A DNA stretch of 64,000 nt, from the NCBI GenBank assembly GCA_951406725.2, contig OX597816.1, forward strand, positions 135,036,001 to 135,100,000, read 5' to 3'. The number at the start of each line of letters is the position of its first letter. Positions within the stretch are counted from its first letter, which is position 1. Positions 1-14,769 of this stretch are shown piece by piece. The notes under the pieces were generated by a model, which saw only the letters and a program-made list of their open reading frames with translations, had not been told where the DNA came from and did no database searches. Made by a program: the position numbers and the translations under genes. This DNA is from Octopus vulgaris (Eukaryota).

Positions 1-535
1 TTCTTTACCAACAGAAAGTGCTGGTTGGATCTTTAGATCTGGGCCGATAGCCAGGTTTGTAAATTACAGGATAACAGCTGTTAAACATGAATCCATAAAT
101 AAACAATGTACAGGCAACGAATACATGTCGGACAGTTTCGTCATCCGTGCGCATTTCGGACTGATTCGGTTACTGATGGATCCTATACGTCCATGCCTGT
201 AGAGTTTATCTCAAACAGGCAAGTCCTCCAGTAAAACTGCCAGGCCAAGGACCTTTAGAAATTACATATAAACACCATCCTGAAAGTCCTCCAGAAGACA
301 CTAGTCAAACTGTCTTTGTCTCTCCTAGACATCGTCACTCTAAAGAACGCGAGAGTTGACTTTCCAACTGGTAGAGTACTGTGAGCACCTGTTGGCATTC
401 CAAATGTTAACGGCTCAAACTCAATCTAAGCTTCACTCAGGTTTGCAACTCGAGCAAAGAGAAGAACTGAGGAAAGACAGCTCGACTTTTAGCTCCATAT
501 GGCTGGTCTTAGTAGTCTTCAATACTAGATAAGGT
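1..535 (+). mobile_element. Heavily decayed RTE-clade LINE 3' coding remnant
   Basis: Broken frames give WILYVH..YLKQ and a terminal ..HMAGLSSLQ. These weakly resemble the RTE C-terminal 'WIGHVHRM..PKQ' and 'IGLxSH' motifs. Multiple stops and frameshifts. Confidence 0.35.
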
Positions 536-552
536 ACAAGTTTCAAACAAAT

Positions 553-553
553 T

Positions 554-629
<76 letters not shown>

Positions 630-640
630 CCTCTCTCTGC
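553..640. repeat. (CT)n microsatellite
   Basis: Directly visible. Confidence 0.95.
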
Positions 641-1680
641 TCGCCTTCCAATGGTTGGTTAAATAGTTTTCTAAGAAAGTTAGGAGCCGACTTTGTATTG
701 GGTGTCTCGAAGCCTAGAAATTCAATTTTTATCGAGTTTATTTGCAACACATGAAATGCTTTTGAAAAATATTACCCAACCTGACCTGTCACGTTAAATG
801 AACCTGGAGACTTATACGCGCGTATTACTCTATTATCGCCAAATATCCACATGGATAATATTTCACTTTCTGTAATGCTTTTTCGTTAGGTCTCTCTCTC
901 TCCTTCTCTCACTCTCTCTCTCTCTCTCTCTCTCTCTCGCTCTCTCTCATTGATCAGTTTATTCTATGTACCTAGAGGTAAATATCACACAAATATAGAA
1001 TGACACATTTCAGGACATACTTGAAAACAATATATTATTACACGATGGCCATGCATATACAAATATGTTCCTCATCAACACAAAATGGTCAAATGAGGCA
1101 CAAGCCAGACCGCAGCTAGTATCAAATACATGATACTATGCTCATCTAACTTACTTTCTATCATTCGTAAGAGCTAAGTGGATCACAAAAGAATCTTCTC
1201 TTGGATATAACGTCTATTTACTACAAGTAAATAACTGAAAAAAATATGGTGCTCATTCCCTACTGTCATGTGAAATGATACACAATGACTAAAAGTGCCC
1301 TCCTCCGAGATACAACGCGATGTCTGAGAAGATAGCACTCGAATATTGTAATTGAATATAAAATCTATTTTAATGTTATCAGTAACTGAAACAGCTAAGC
1401 AGATAATTTATTGGCCTGTTAGTTCATTAACATCAAGTTCAAACTCCCTGCATATGTTCTGTTATCTGTAAAGAGTACACTTCCTTCTACAAGCCTTAGA
1501 TCACCTAACTTTAGAGAATGTTATAACATTCTGGGGGAAGATATGGACGATCATTCATTGATAAATGCTTCCGATTATTATATAAGATTTTAAATTACAT
1601 TTAGGTTCAAAACGTATTCAACAGTTTCAACAAATGCAAACCTTTACACACACACGTATGTGTGTATATGCGTATGCATC

Positions 1681-2118
1681 TCTTTACTCTTTTTTTCATT
1701 TACTTGTTTCAGTCATTTGACTGCGGCCATGCTGGAGCTCCGCCTTTTAGTCGAGCAAATCGACCCCCAGGACTTATTCTTTGTAAGCCTAGTACTTATT
1801 CTATCGGTCTCTTTTGCCGAACCGCTAAGTTACGGGCACGTAAACACACCAGCATCAGTTGTCAAGCGATGTTGAGGGACAAACACAGACACACAAACGC
1901 GCGCGCGCACACACACACACACATATCTATCTATATATATATATATACATACATATATACGACGGGCTTCTTTCAGTTTCCGTCTACCAAATCCACTCAC
2001 AAGGCTCTGGTCGGCCCGAGGCTATAGTAGAAGACACTATCCCAAGGTGCCACGCAGTGGGACTGAACCCGGAACCATGTGGTTGGCAAGCAAGCTACTT
2101 ATCACACAGCCGCTCCTA
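1681..2118 (-). mobile_element. tRNA-headed SINE, family A (near full length, internal CA/TA microsatellite)
   Basis: Minus strand reads a head 'ggctgtgtgataagtagcttgcttgccaaccacatggttccgggttcagtccc' (A/B-box-like), a body, and a tail 'gactgaaacaagtaa'. More than 10 homologous copies occur in the window. Confidence 0.9.
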
Positions 2119-2251
2119 TGTATGTATAATATTTTTTAAAAGATGTACTGCTATATATTTTAAAGTAACATAGGAGTGTTAATGCCATATCTATGGCGTA
2201 ATTCATCACTGCACTTTCATCTCTCTCCCTCCCATTTTCTCTCTCATTCTT

Positions 2252-2319
<68 letters not shown>

Positions 2320-2667
2320 CTTAACCATCTATCTGTCTGTCTGTCTATCTTCCTCTTGATAGAACTAATGTAAAGCTGCAATCAAGAAGCATATTATAAT
2401 TAATATGTTGGGCTGATTTTCTCAGCCACCAAGATATACCGCACGGCTCTACTAAAGTGAGTCATAGACAAGCATAGTAGTAACATTATATTTATCACCA
2501 GTTGACTTTTTCGTTTATGTATGATATGAAGTGTATTTGTACATGCATGACCGGAAGTACAGCGATTACAACCAAAAAGGCACTGAATGCTTTGTATATG
2601 TGCGGGAAAAGTATATATCTTATGAAAAGCTTCGCTGATCTTCAACTAATTATTTCTATTATAGACA

Positions 2668-2860
2668 CAATCCTAAAACATTGGGGAAGGGGTCTAGTCG
2701 ATTAAATTGACCTCAGTGTTCAACTGGTATGTATGTTATCGACCCCCAAAAGGATGAAAGGCAAATTCGACCTCGGCAGTGAACTCAGAACGTAAAGTTG
2801 GAAGAAATGCCGCTAATGCATTTTGTCCAGCGCACTGACGGTTCTGCCAGTTAACCGCCT
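2668..2860 (-). mobile_element. tRNA-headed SINE, family B
   Basis: Contains the family core 'gcctttcatcct..ggggtcgata' shared with the copies at 4345, 21166, 25755, 37450 and 56943. Confidence 0.85.
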
Positions 2861-4344
2861 AAGAAGAAAATATAATGTTCAGTTACTTGACGAAACTTTT
2901 GGGTGTAAATGGGAGAGAGACAAAAGAATACAATGGATAGATTATCTGCTCAAGTCTATCTAGCAGCAAAGGTTTTTGGTTTCAGCCTTTTCTGTAATTG
3001 ACCCATGACAAGGTCACCAGGATTCTATCAAATATAACATTTTAAAAAAGCCAATCTGTACAAATGTCGACTCGGAAATTTTAAGACGGTACTCGACAGA
3101 ACTTATATTTTTAATGTTTTTTTTGTAGACATTTAATGATAAAATTAGTAAGAAGATAAAAATAAAATTTTTCAAAATTAGATGCACATGAAAGAAACCA
3201 CTGTCCGGCGCGAAGGAACATTTATTATTTGGAATTGAATCAGTACACTTCAGTGTATATCAACGTGCTCTGCTGACTCATATAATATATTTAGATTTGT
3301 ACACCATTCGACGAATGTGGAATTGATATCACAACAAACGTATAGCATCAAATTGTAAAGTTGGCGGTTATCTCCCCTGTCTCTAAAATTACTCCGATAA
3401 CAAATCATCTGTTCGATGCGATTCTAGTCTACTAACCAATAGTCAATGTTATATTGTCTGTATTCAACGGAATGAAATTATTACAGACGGGACCAATGAT
3501 ACTGAAGAGGGGTTTCAACCGGTACATCAGACCGGAGGGCTTGAGCGGGACCCTATATATCTGCCGGGCCGTTATTAGGAAAACAAAACTTTGTGGCACT
3601 CTTGAATTTCGACAGGATTGCACCATCGAATCGATCCTGAAAGCAGTTATTTTCCACCTAGTAAAATTTCTCTTCAAATTGCAGATGAAGCTTTTCAAGG
3701 AAAGTCGAATAGGCTCAGTATCTCTTCTTTATTTACTGCTTTACTTTGGCTGAAACATTTTAAAGTTTTACTTGTGATAACTTATTAGTTTAAGTTTCAC
3801 AACAATGTACTTAAATATCAAGCTTTAAATTTATTTGAGTGCATTGTAAACTTATTCTGTCATGCTAACATCAATGCATTGTAGTAAACACCTTGTTATG
3901 CTGTTGATAAAGTTTTACTGAGTGGCAGTACAAAGTTTCAAAATATTGTTGTTTCAGATAGAATTTTGATCAATTATTTAATGTTAAGGAAACATGAGAT
4001 TGAAGAATGAGGAAGATATGCATGTGATTTAGAATTTGATCAAAACTCTTGTAAATAAATAACTATACGATTTATAAGAAAGCAGATAAAATAAAACTCT
4101 GCGTGTTACTTCTGTAGTAGGTTAGCATAGATGCTTAATCAATGTCGTATTCAACAGGTAATAGATATATACACTTCTCGAGTACAGGACCAATTTTTGT
4201 TGTTCAAAAATCTGATCTCACTTTTTGTTATCCCCTTATTTTATTGTCAACAAGAGATGAAACAAAGTCAATCTCACCGATCTCAGACGCTGGAGAGTCG
4301 AAACTAAAAGACTCCGCCACATTCACTACATTAAATGTTCCGTA

Positions 4345-4538
4345 GGCTGGTCAAAATACTTAGCAATATTTCGTCCGCCTTTACGTTCTGCATTACGTTC
4401 AAATTCTGCCGAGGTCGACTTTGCTTTTCATCCTTTCGAGGTACCAGTAAAATAAGTACTACTTGAAGACTGGGGTCGATTTAATCGACTTACGCCTATT
4501 CCGAAACTGTTGGTCTTGTGTGATAATTTGAAACCAAT
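4345..4538 (+). mobile_element. SINE family B
   Basis: 'gttcaaattctgccgaggtcgactttgcttttcatcctttcg...aagtac...ggggtcgat'. Confidence 0.85.
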
Positions 4539-5644
4539 ATTAATAACAGAGATATCTAGCTTAATGTTACTGAACAGGAGGGCATTAAAGGCCGGGTTAG
4601 TGTATTTTAATGTTATGATTAGTAAAAAGCTGGGGACATGGTGGAATGACAGAAACTGTAGCGTGTGGGGTTGAATGTCTATTGCATTTAGTTACGTCCT
4701 TTTGTGTTCTGATTTCATACTCCACCGAGAAACATTTCGTTTTTCCGAAACTGATAAAATATGCATCAGTAATATCATACAATTGGTTCAATAGATTACA
4801 CTCCTTCTCACTCTCTTGAGTTCTCTTACACATGTAAAACTTTAAGTCAACATGAAAAATCATTTCTGAAACGTGGAAGTGTCGTACAGTATATATTAGC
4901 CCCTGGTAAGCAGATACGATTTCGATTTTCGCTTCAAGCTATTTCATTTACGTTGCTAATGACTCAGATGAAAATATTATCGACGCTAAAAAAAATAAAA
5001 AATCCAGCTTCATACTTAGAAAAAAAAGAAGACAATCATTTCCAAAACATTGAAGTAACCGTTTGATGTCACTGTAATAACTGTTAGGATCCTTTGGCTT
5101 GGGTTCAAATGAATCTGTATAATCGACTACTAAAGATATATGGAAGAAAATACATCAAATGGAGTTTTTTTAAGTGAGAGAATGACAGTAACTCATTGGA
5201 AGCTAGTTTCCAATTTTAGTCAAAGGATAGGTGGGTTTCAAATTAGCTATTCCCTATTCATATCACATTCGACTGCTAATTTTCAAAGAATTTTACTCTC
5301 AAATGTGTATTTGAAAGTGAAATCGAATTTCTAAAAGACAATAATTCTAAAAACGATGTAGTATTTATTTTCATTAGTTGATTCTTGGCAAGATGGCGTA
5401 TTCATAGTTTTGCAGGATCGCTTAGACTATCACGTGAGCAAGGTTCGCGAACTTGTCCCACAAACCTGTTTCACGTGCCGATTCACTTCATTTCTGTTAC
5501 CCTTCTTTCGAAATAAGAAACACCGTTTCCTATCCCCTGTAAATCGGAGTCTTCTGTGAGATGTTAATATTTTTAAAGAATTTTATTTCAAAATAAATAC
5601 TAATGCAATCGTAATCAAGACAGAATGATTAGTTTAAAAGTTTC

Positions 5645-6045
5645 AGGTGTAGGAGCAGGCATGATTGAGTGGTTTAGAAGCTTGCTTTGAAATGAAGTGG
5701 TTTCGACTTCAGTGCCACTGCGTGGCACCTTCGTCATCTGTAGCCCTGAGCTGACCAAATCCTTCTGCGTGAATTTGGCTGACTGAAACTTTACGGAAGT
5801 CCATCGTATATGTTTGTGTTTGTGTGTATGTTTGTGTTGTTCCACCTCTACTTCTACCACTATACAACCGATGTTGGTTTGTTTACGTCCCCGTAACTTG
5901 ACGATTCGACAAAACAAACCGATAGAATGAGTACCAGACTTAAGAATATGTACTGAGATCGAGTCGTCCAACAAAACCCTCCAATGTGGTGTTCCAGCAT
6001 GGCCGTAGACCAATGACTGAAACGAGTAAAAGATAAAAACAAAAG
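5645..6045 (+). mobile_element. SINE family A (diverged)
   Basis: Colinear with 1681-2118, in the opposite orientation. Confidence 0.85.
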
Positions 6046-6626
6046 ATCCAAATAGGAGGTGAACGGGTTTCTTATTTCCTGTCTTTTCTGGTTGAGTGTC
6101 GCTCTCTAACTAGGTGCAAATGCACCAATGTGTTGCAGAGGAGTTGAAGCGAGAATTACGTTCTTACCATTCTATATATCATTAGCAACGTATTAATCAA
6201 GAATTAAAATCAAGTCACAGACGCAACATACCAATAGCATACCACTCATTCTATGACACTCCCTAACTTTAGCGGAAGTGGCATGTGGTATCCCAGCGTA
6301 ATTGAAGCCATATTCGCAAGTCATTTGAAAGACTGAAACAAAATTAATTCAGTCAAGATAATCACCTCTCATAGTGGGGGCGGCGAGTGGTTGTAGTGCT
6401 ATGGAGTCGCAGAATTTATAGAATGGCGAACTAGATATCTAACAGTATTTAAGTTACGATCCTTTATCTTCAGAGTTCAAATTTCGCTAGACTTGACGTT
6501 TACTTTTAATACCTCTAACGCCGATAAAATCTATCAGATGAGCTGAGGCAATCAACTATATCCTACCCCTACCTCCCGATTAAAATTTTTTTTAATTTGC
6601 TAAAATTTAAATAATTACCGAAGTAA

Positions 6627-6629
<3 letters not shown>

Positions 6630-6718
<89 letters not shown>

Positions 6719-6754
6719 TACATACATACATACATACATACATACATACATACA

Positions 6755-6847
<93 letters not shown>
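6630..6847. repeat. Compound (CA)n(TACA)n(TA)n microsatellite
   Basis: Directly visible. Confidence 0.95.
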
Positions 6848-6849
<2 letters not shown>

Positions 6850-7086
6850 AGTCTTGTGAGTGGATTTGGTACACGGAAACTGAAAGAGCCCGTCGTATAC
6901 ATATGTGTATGTGTTTGTGTGTGAGTTCCCCAACACCGCTTTACGATTGGTGTTGGTTTATTAACTTAGTGGTTCAGCAAAAGAGTACAAGATTTCAAAA
7001 ATATATACTGCAGTCGATTTGTTCGACTAAACCCTTCAATGCGACATTGTAAAACCCCAGTATAGTCACAAGTAAAAGATAAAAGA
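6848..7086 (+). mobile_element. SINE family A, 5'-truncated
   Basis: 'gtgagtggatttggtacacggaaactgaaagagcccgtcg...aagtaaaaga'. Confidence 0.8.
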
Positions 7087-8040
7087 CATATCTTTCAGTC
7101 GAGCTTCTTCTTACTTTGATAATCTATTCAGAGGAAACTTTATCCCCCAGTACAAAGAGACAGCTAATTGAGTCGATGTTACAGGGATATCGCTTAAATC
7201 GTAGCATATCACTGGCTCTTGAGTATGTCTTCTAGCTAAGACACTTAAACTCTCGCTCTCTTTAGTTCACCTGCTGATACTTAGACGGTGCCACACGGCG
7301 ATAAAGCTCGTCAATAAAAGCAAGAGAACTGAGGCAATTGGTGCAGCTGGATAGGGATGAATTCTTTTAGGCTAACTTGCATTGATATACTACTTGAAGA
7401 GGAAATGTTCAGTGAAATATTTAGACAAATATAGATGGAAACACATCGTCCATTAACAGAGACACTTACTGCTACGAAGAACACATAGTCACACACACAC
7501 TCACATACATACATACATACATACATACATACATACATACATACATACATACATACATACATACATACACACAAACATGAGTGTGCGTATGTGTGTGTAT
7601 GAGTGTGTGTATGTGTATGTGTGTGTGTGTTTGTGGCTGGATGTCTGTGTGTATGTATGTTTATATATTATATACTTATATGAATTATGCATATTATGTG
7701 TGTGCATATATGATATCTATTGTGTGTATATAATCTCTCTCTATATATATATATATAATATATATATATATATACATATATATATGTGTGTGTGTGTGTG
7801 TGTATGCACGCAATAAGTCGAAACAGGGGCAGCTGATGAAGGGGAATGTTCCTTGTGTTGTATGTCTTGTTAAAAAAAGTCCGTTTCCTTGTTTTGTTTT
7901 TGTTTTCGTTTCTCGTTGTGTTCTACGTTTTTTGTGGTGTCCTGTACCCATATATGCATGTATATATACATATAGATGTAGGTATGTACATCTATGTATG
8001 TATGTATGTATGTATGCATATGTTTTATTTATTAAATTGT

Positions 8041-8099
<59 letters not shown>

Positions 8100-10506
8100 A
8101 AGCTCTATATATCTCATTATTACATGTATACATTATGTATTTAGTATATATATAGATGTGTATGAGTACATCTGTATGTGTGTAGTTATGAATATATTTT
8201 TTAAAGACACACATACACACACTCAAGTGTGTGTATGTATGTATGTATGTATGTATGTATGTATGTATGTATGTATGTATGTATTGATGAATAAAATTAT
8301 TGATAATGTTACTAATCAATAATTACTTTCGACCTCCTACGTTCTGATACAAATATCTCCCCGATCAGCTTAGCGTCTCATATTTCCAGAGACGAGAAAA
8401 TAAAGGTCAGTAATAGAAATCTTTCAACGTTTGACTTGAAACCTAGAGAAAAAAAAATCATTCTATAGAGAAGCAACGTTTAGAATCTAATCTTTTTCCT
8501 TAAAATGCTGGAATTCAATAAAGGTGCAGATTAAATCTGGTTTAGATTGCCCATTTATAGCAAATGACAATCGCAATGGCTAAATTGACTGAGACAATTA
8601 AGAATCCAGTCCAGAAAAGCGTATGAAACTTACGATTACAATTCGAACTTGCCATCTATGAACAATCAGTTCACTAACTTATCGACTCATCTAGAACTGG
8701 TTGAAACTGTAATTATTCATTGGATGAAAAGCATTTTGCTTCAAGAATGCAAGTTGGTGAATATATTACATAGCTTTAAATCCACGTTTAGGATGCTGGT
8801 TCAACTCCAAAGCCTTATAACTTTTGTTGTTGCTGTTGTTGTGGTGGTGGTGTGGTAGTGGTACTGCTGCTGCTGCTGCTGCTGTGACGGTTGTAGTGGT
8901 AATGGTAGATATTGCTTAGTTTTATTGTTCTGTAACATTTGTTACAGAAATAACAAATCATCGAAAGGCGTTCAAATCGTGAGTATCCCAATTTTTTTTT
9001 TCTTTCAGACGGCGTCTTACACTAAGAGGTTGTGATTTAAAGACAATTTAGCAACTATTCCTAGCAGGCTAATAAAGATAGTTTCGTTGGTTCGCATGTC
9101 GTTGTCGCCGTTTTGCTCCAAATCAACCTTGCTAGAGCATATATTTTCAAAGACTTTCCAGCCGTGCCTATTCCATTTTTGTTTTTAGGCAGTATGCCAG
9201 GACTACACTATTTCAATGTGTTCTTTTCTTTTTACAAGGTGAGGGTTATAATTTGGGAGATCTAACTGCTGTTTCTATAAAAACGATCAACACAGAAGCC
9301 TCCCTGTTAGCTTATGTAGAGGTATAACAAAATGCTGTGTGATACAAACTCAAACTGTGAGCCTGATATCGTCTGCATCCACTGCACTATTTTGTCAATT
9401 GTATAATGAAAGTGAATTAAATAATCCTAAACGCTTGTTAGGTTCACACTGGCGACATTGTCTTTGTGAGTGGTTGTTTCAAGTAGAACTCAACCTGACA
9501 GAACCTATCTTACCCAAACGATTGTAACCGGAAACTGCAAGTACGAAAATCGTATCAGAAATCGGAAAATGTATCAGAAATCGAACCTGTGTAGAAGAAC
9601 TGAACTTCTTTACTTTAATAGTATAAAAATCCCTTTCAATTAAATGATGTGGATTAGTTGGCTGCTAACGCTGTGCTGTTCAAGCAGGCAGCATATTAAT
9701 TTTTCAATCTTTTGTCAGTCCAAACCATATTCATAAGTTTGTCCTAAATTTTTTTTTTCACCTTTTTAGTTAGCCTTATTTTCACATGTTCTGAATAATA
9801 TAAAGCTTTCCATTCATAAGCCCCAAGTTACTCTGGGAAAGAGCATCATATTGTATATATGGATGCAAGTGACATACAGCCAGAGAATCACATGTGACAC
9901 ACAGGACATGCAAATGGTTAATATCGTTCCTATTGTATATATAAATGAACAATATACAGAAAGAAGGAGATTAAGGTCGAGTAACATACATGCTTTTCTC
10001 AAATGCGGTGCTGACGCAAATAACTACAGCGTGAATATAACATGGATTTCAAAACCTGATCACAAATACGGATCATTGGATACTTTGTCCTAAAAGTACA
10101 GGACTAACTAACTTTTGTGGAAGGAAGTTCTCAGCCAAAAATCTTCAGAAGTATATTGATGAGATTTAAGAAAGGTGAAAGTAAAGTAGATACTTGTTAT
10201 AATTTACTCGAAATATCAAATGTATATATTTATACATTAAAAAAATATATGCATATATACTCAATGCATTAGGTGTATTTATAGTTTCACATATATCTAT
10301 TATTGAATAGATATAATATTGCTACAGCGACATTTAACTACAATATATATGGAGAGCATACGACGACATGACATTTCTTTAAAATGTTTTTAATCAAAGA
10401 ACCAAACTGTTTAATAACAAACAATTTGAATACGTTTCTATTTTATACATATATATATCGCTTAGGCATTGCAAGATGAATAACTTGGTTTAGAACACAA
10501 TGCACA

Positions 10507-11032
10507 TACCGTAAATCCTCGAGTATAGTCCGCCCTTGAGTATAATACGCAGGGGATTTGGGGCGGGGCTGTACCTCTGAAAAACCTAAACCTTGTGTAT
10601 AATACTCACCCCTTCAGTAACTTGAGTCAAAGAGGTCTATATAACGTCCTTGGTTTGTAAAAATGTATACGGTAACGTCCTTTATTATTATTGTACATAT
10701 AACATAATGCAAACGTGTAGCTTTTTTGTGCATTTTGTTTGCAGAAAATAAAGAAATAACAGTAATAATTGTAATAACGTTTAATAAATGTTGCTTACTG
10801 CAAGTTATGGATGATTCTTTTATGACTTCATTGCTTTCAGGCCTAGATTAAGGTATTTTCGTGCCCGATATCACAAAATGCGTCTGAATAAACATTGCAG
10901 GACAGCAAGTAGAGCCTCGGACACTGCTTAGAAAATATATTTCATTTTTAACCTCCTATATAGTACGCACTAGGGATTTTGACCTTTACATTTTGGGGAA
11001 AAAATGCGGATTATACTCGAAGATTTACGGTA
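10507..11032. mobile_element. Tigger/pogo-type MITE
   Basis: TIRs 'ccgtaaatcctcgagtatagtccgc' and 'gcggattatactcgaagatttacgg', with TA on both flanks. No ORF. Confidence 0.9.
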
Positions 11033-11113
11033 TACTTCAGAACAAAACGTTAGTCAAGTACAGGGCGATAAGAAAAGGAGATGATAATAAACGATTATCA
11101 TATGAACGTCATT

Positions 11114-11192
11114 AGCTTACAACTGTTTCTACTATAAGATACGTTTGACTCATAGTTGAGTGACTGAGTAACACCTTATAGCTTCATTAGAG

Positions 11193-11194
<2 letters not shown>
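11114..11194 (-). ncRNA. Degenerate hammerhead ribozyme motif with long stem II (Penelope pLTR-like)
   Basis: GGCU-CUAAUGA-A-GCUAUAAGGUGU...GUAUCUUAUAGU-A-GAAA-CAGUUG-UA-AGCU. A homolog lies at 57313. Confidence 0.65.
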
Positions 11195-11242
<48 letters not shown>

Positions 11243-11255
11243 AATAAATAAATAG

Positions 11256-11318
<63 letters not shown>

Positions 11319-11626
11319 TGATCTTTATCGCTCTCGGTACTTATCCTCAGATTGACACTCAAACACTTTGAACTGTTCCACGCTAATGCCAAGCAGTACA
11401 GCATGTTGCTTGCAAATTTATGGTAGAGTGAATTGTGTCATGGTGCTGTTTTTCTCACAGATGGTACCCAGCTGACCCTACTATACTGTGTAGTCAACAA
11501 ACTCAATAACAACAATGTGCATGCGGTAAATTAAAAATATAAAATGGCGACAATTTACTCATCACACCGTGTATATACAATTGAAGAAATTGGAGCCAAC
11601 AAGCTTGGTTGGACATTTATTTTCTA

Positions 11627-11732
11627 ATCACTACAATTGTTTCGACGAAACGTAGTTTTCCAGGTATGCAGGTACTTCATTATGTAACTGTTTCCTTGTA
11701 TTATGAGATCTAGTTGTGTTTCTTCAGGTGCT
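11627..11732 (-). ncRNA. Hammerhead ribozyme motif with ~75-nt stem II insert
   Basis: CAC-CUGAAGA-...-C-GAAA-CAAUUG-UA-GUG. The core is intact, stem III is palindromic (ACAAUUGU), and stem I is CAC/GUG. Confidence 0.65.
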
Positions 11733-11916
11733 ATGTAATTATTGTCTCCGTAAATTTAAAATCCTCGGCTTCAAGAATATCCTATCTATCTGTTGTAGCC
11801 TAAATTTAGTATTACGCGCTTAGCTTACCAGGGTATTTTGTTGTCAAGTAATCAGTGTTTTGTTGCCAACTACCCTTCAGTAACAGAGTATACCATAACT
11901 ATATATAGAGAGAGAG

Positions 11917-11967
<51 letters not shown>

Positions 11968-12417
11968 GAGAATTCTTTTACCAAATAAATACCACTTCGT
12001 ATTCGAGACTCCAACGAAGTCATAAGATAAAATTTTGGATTTATGGAGGGCCAAAGTTGGGTACAAAAACAGGACAGTGGAGACATACAAGGAAACCCTC
12101 CATAAATTCAAAATTTTATTTTGGAATTTATGGGAGCAACTGTCTTTGAAGACTCATATCGTCGTTGAATGCTTTGAAATTTTTTTCAGAATCATAATCT
12201 CCATATTTTTCCGCGTATTTTCGCAAAAAAAATTCTGAAAAAAGTTTAAAATGAAGAATGTAGTGGGAGAGGGATAATTTCAAAATGCCGATTTTTGCCA
12301 ATTTTTTTGCAGATTCATATTTCCCGTAGCCGAAAACGGGGGTTTCTGTAGAAAAAAAATTAAATTTAAAAAAGCGGTGTTTTTGGGGGGGCGGGGGTAC
12401 AAAAGAAAGTCTTGCCG

Positions 12418-12496
<79 letters not shown>

Positions 12497-12643
12497 GTAT
12501 GTATATATATATATATATATATATATACACGTATGTATGTATGTATATATTGTCAACGTTGTTTTGCCGCAAATACGATCTTGTGATCTAGAATATTTGA
12601 CGCCCCATTTTTCATGGAATACTTTCTTGTCTACCTCTCTATG

Positions 12644-12689
<46 letters not shown>

Positions 12690-12695
<6 letters not shown>

Positions 12696-13225
12696 AATAT
12701 ATACAAAATGGGACAAGAACGCAAAACATCCAGATAGACGATACAAAGAAAACAAGGACGGGTCTTTCGGAGTTTTCTTTCCTCAGTCGAGTTCCAGACC
12801 ATCTTTGCAATTTCGTCAGGCTATACTCGAGATTGCTCCAATATGGCCAGCCCCAAGGAAAAACTAACCAAAGAGTATTAGATTCCTTGGAAGAAAGTAG
12901 CGAGTGTATACGAAAACAAGGACGAAAAAAACGGAGAATGTTACTCAAATACAAATACAAATAACAGGACATAACAACAGGTGTCTTTCGACTAAGGACG
13001 AATTAAATTAAGCTGGCGTGTGTGGAAATAAAGCCTTACAGCAGAGATACAAGATTTCACAGGCACAGGGTGGAATATAGGTGTTGCATGGGCAACGGCC
13101 GAACCAAGAAAGAAAGATCAGGCTCGGCCGAACACCGGTCACGTGGGGAGAGAAGAGAGTGAGGTAGAGGCAGAGGGACAGAAGAATTAAGGAGAGGCAT
13201 AAAAAAATGTCAGGGACACAGTGAA
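12690..13225 (-). mobile_element. Penelope pLTR-like fragment with degenerate hammerhead
   Basis: Minus strand 'ctgaggaaagaaaactccgaaagacccgtc' followed by a T-rich tail that ends at a TA/TG microsatellite. Confidence 0.5.
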
Positions 13226-14019
13226 GTGAAAGGAGCTTGCTTCCCAACCACATGGTTCTGGGTTCTGTCCCACTGCTTGGCACCTTGGGCAAGGGTCTTC
13301 TACTATAGCCTCGGGCCGACTAAAGCCTTGGGAGAAGTCAACTTGTGAAAGAGAAGGAGGAGTTCATAAACTCAATAGTCCCGTGCAAACGTTTCGAGAG
13401 TTCATAAAGTTCTTCTGCATGAATTTGTTTTGAAAGGATAATCTGTTGCACAAAACTGAACCCACTTTCCAGCGCAGTCAGCTTAACACTATTGACAAAA
13501 CAGGGGTTTAGACGAACTGAAACGAACTGCACTCCTGATTTTTATTCGAGTTCACCATCGAATAAAAACTATTTATTCGAGTTTACCATCTCCTACAACG
13601 AGCAGTAGGGGTCCTTCACTCACAGTAGTTCATATGTTAGTTAAGCCATAACTGGTACTCTAATAGGTACTGTTATTCAAGGTCGAGGTGGACCTGGGAG
13701 CAATAGTGGATAAAAGATTGCTCTCTGCTCTTTAAAACACTTCAACTCCCGAACAAGGGCTCCACAACACAATACACACACACACACACATACACACAAT
13801 GTAAGAATTTTTGTATAAAATGTATGCGTATGTATGTCTGTGACCATACATACGTATGTATGTATGTATGTTTACACCATTCGTATGTATGTTTACACCG
13901 GTCAACAACCGGTGCAGTTTGCTAATTTTATGTCTATATCCTGCAACTGAATTTGTTCGACACTTGTACAAACATGTTCGTGTGTGCATACGCATGTTTT
14001 GCAGAAATTCTAATTTACC

Positions 14020-14082
14020 AGGGCGTAAACGCACCAACATCGGTTGTCAAGCGATGGTGGAGGGACAAACACAGACACACAG

Positions 14083-14170
<88 letters not shown>

Positions 14171-14325
14171 GTACGACGGGCTTCTTTCGTCTACCAAATC
14201 CACTCACAAGGCTTTAGTCGGGCCGAGGCTATAGTAGAAGACACTTGCCCAAGGTGCCAAGCAGTGGGACAGAACCCAGAACCATGTGGTTGGGAAGCAA
14301 GCTTCTTACCGCACAGCCACTCCTG
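14020..14325 (-). mobile_element. SINE family A (5' portion)
   Basis: Homologous to 1850-2118. Confidence 0.85.
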
Positions 14326-14331
14326 CAGCAA

Positions 14332-14374
<43 letters not shown>

Positions 14375-14733
14375 AAAATAGTATACATATATATGATGTA
14401 TGCATATGGAGATCAATAAATAAAGCACCAGTTCAAGACGTGGGATTGGCATAATGTTAGGATGTCAGAAACGACGTCGTCTAGTATTTATTTTGGTTCT
14501 ATGCATACTGAGCTCAAATTCCTTAACTCCAGGATGAAGGGAAATCTGTAATAGCTTTGGGAAGCTCTTATACAAGAGCTCAAGTATTACAGCTGTTTGC
14601 TCTCAAAACCAACCGACCCATTGAAAAGAGGAAATACAACAATACCAAGTTTTTTCAAGGAGAAGGTTCACTCTGAGCATGTCTGTGGTGCGTGTGTAAA
14701 GAAACACACACAGACATATAAGCGAGTGTGTGT

Positions 14734-14769
<36 letters not shown>

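Noticed and set aside
3432-3753. Overlapping ORFs on both strands
   Set aside because: No recognisable domain and no splice support. Probably old transposon interior.
7810-7955. 'cgaaac...ctgatga' as a permuted hammerhead
   Set aside because: I could not build stems II and III consistently. It is kept only as a pLTR-like stub.
13338-13532. Protein-like 64-aa ORF
   Set aside because: There is no good splice context, and it overlaps a degenerate hammerhead/pLTR-like motif (cagaaga...cgaaacgtt).
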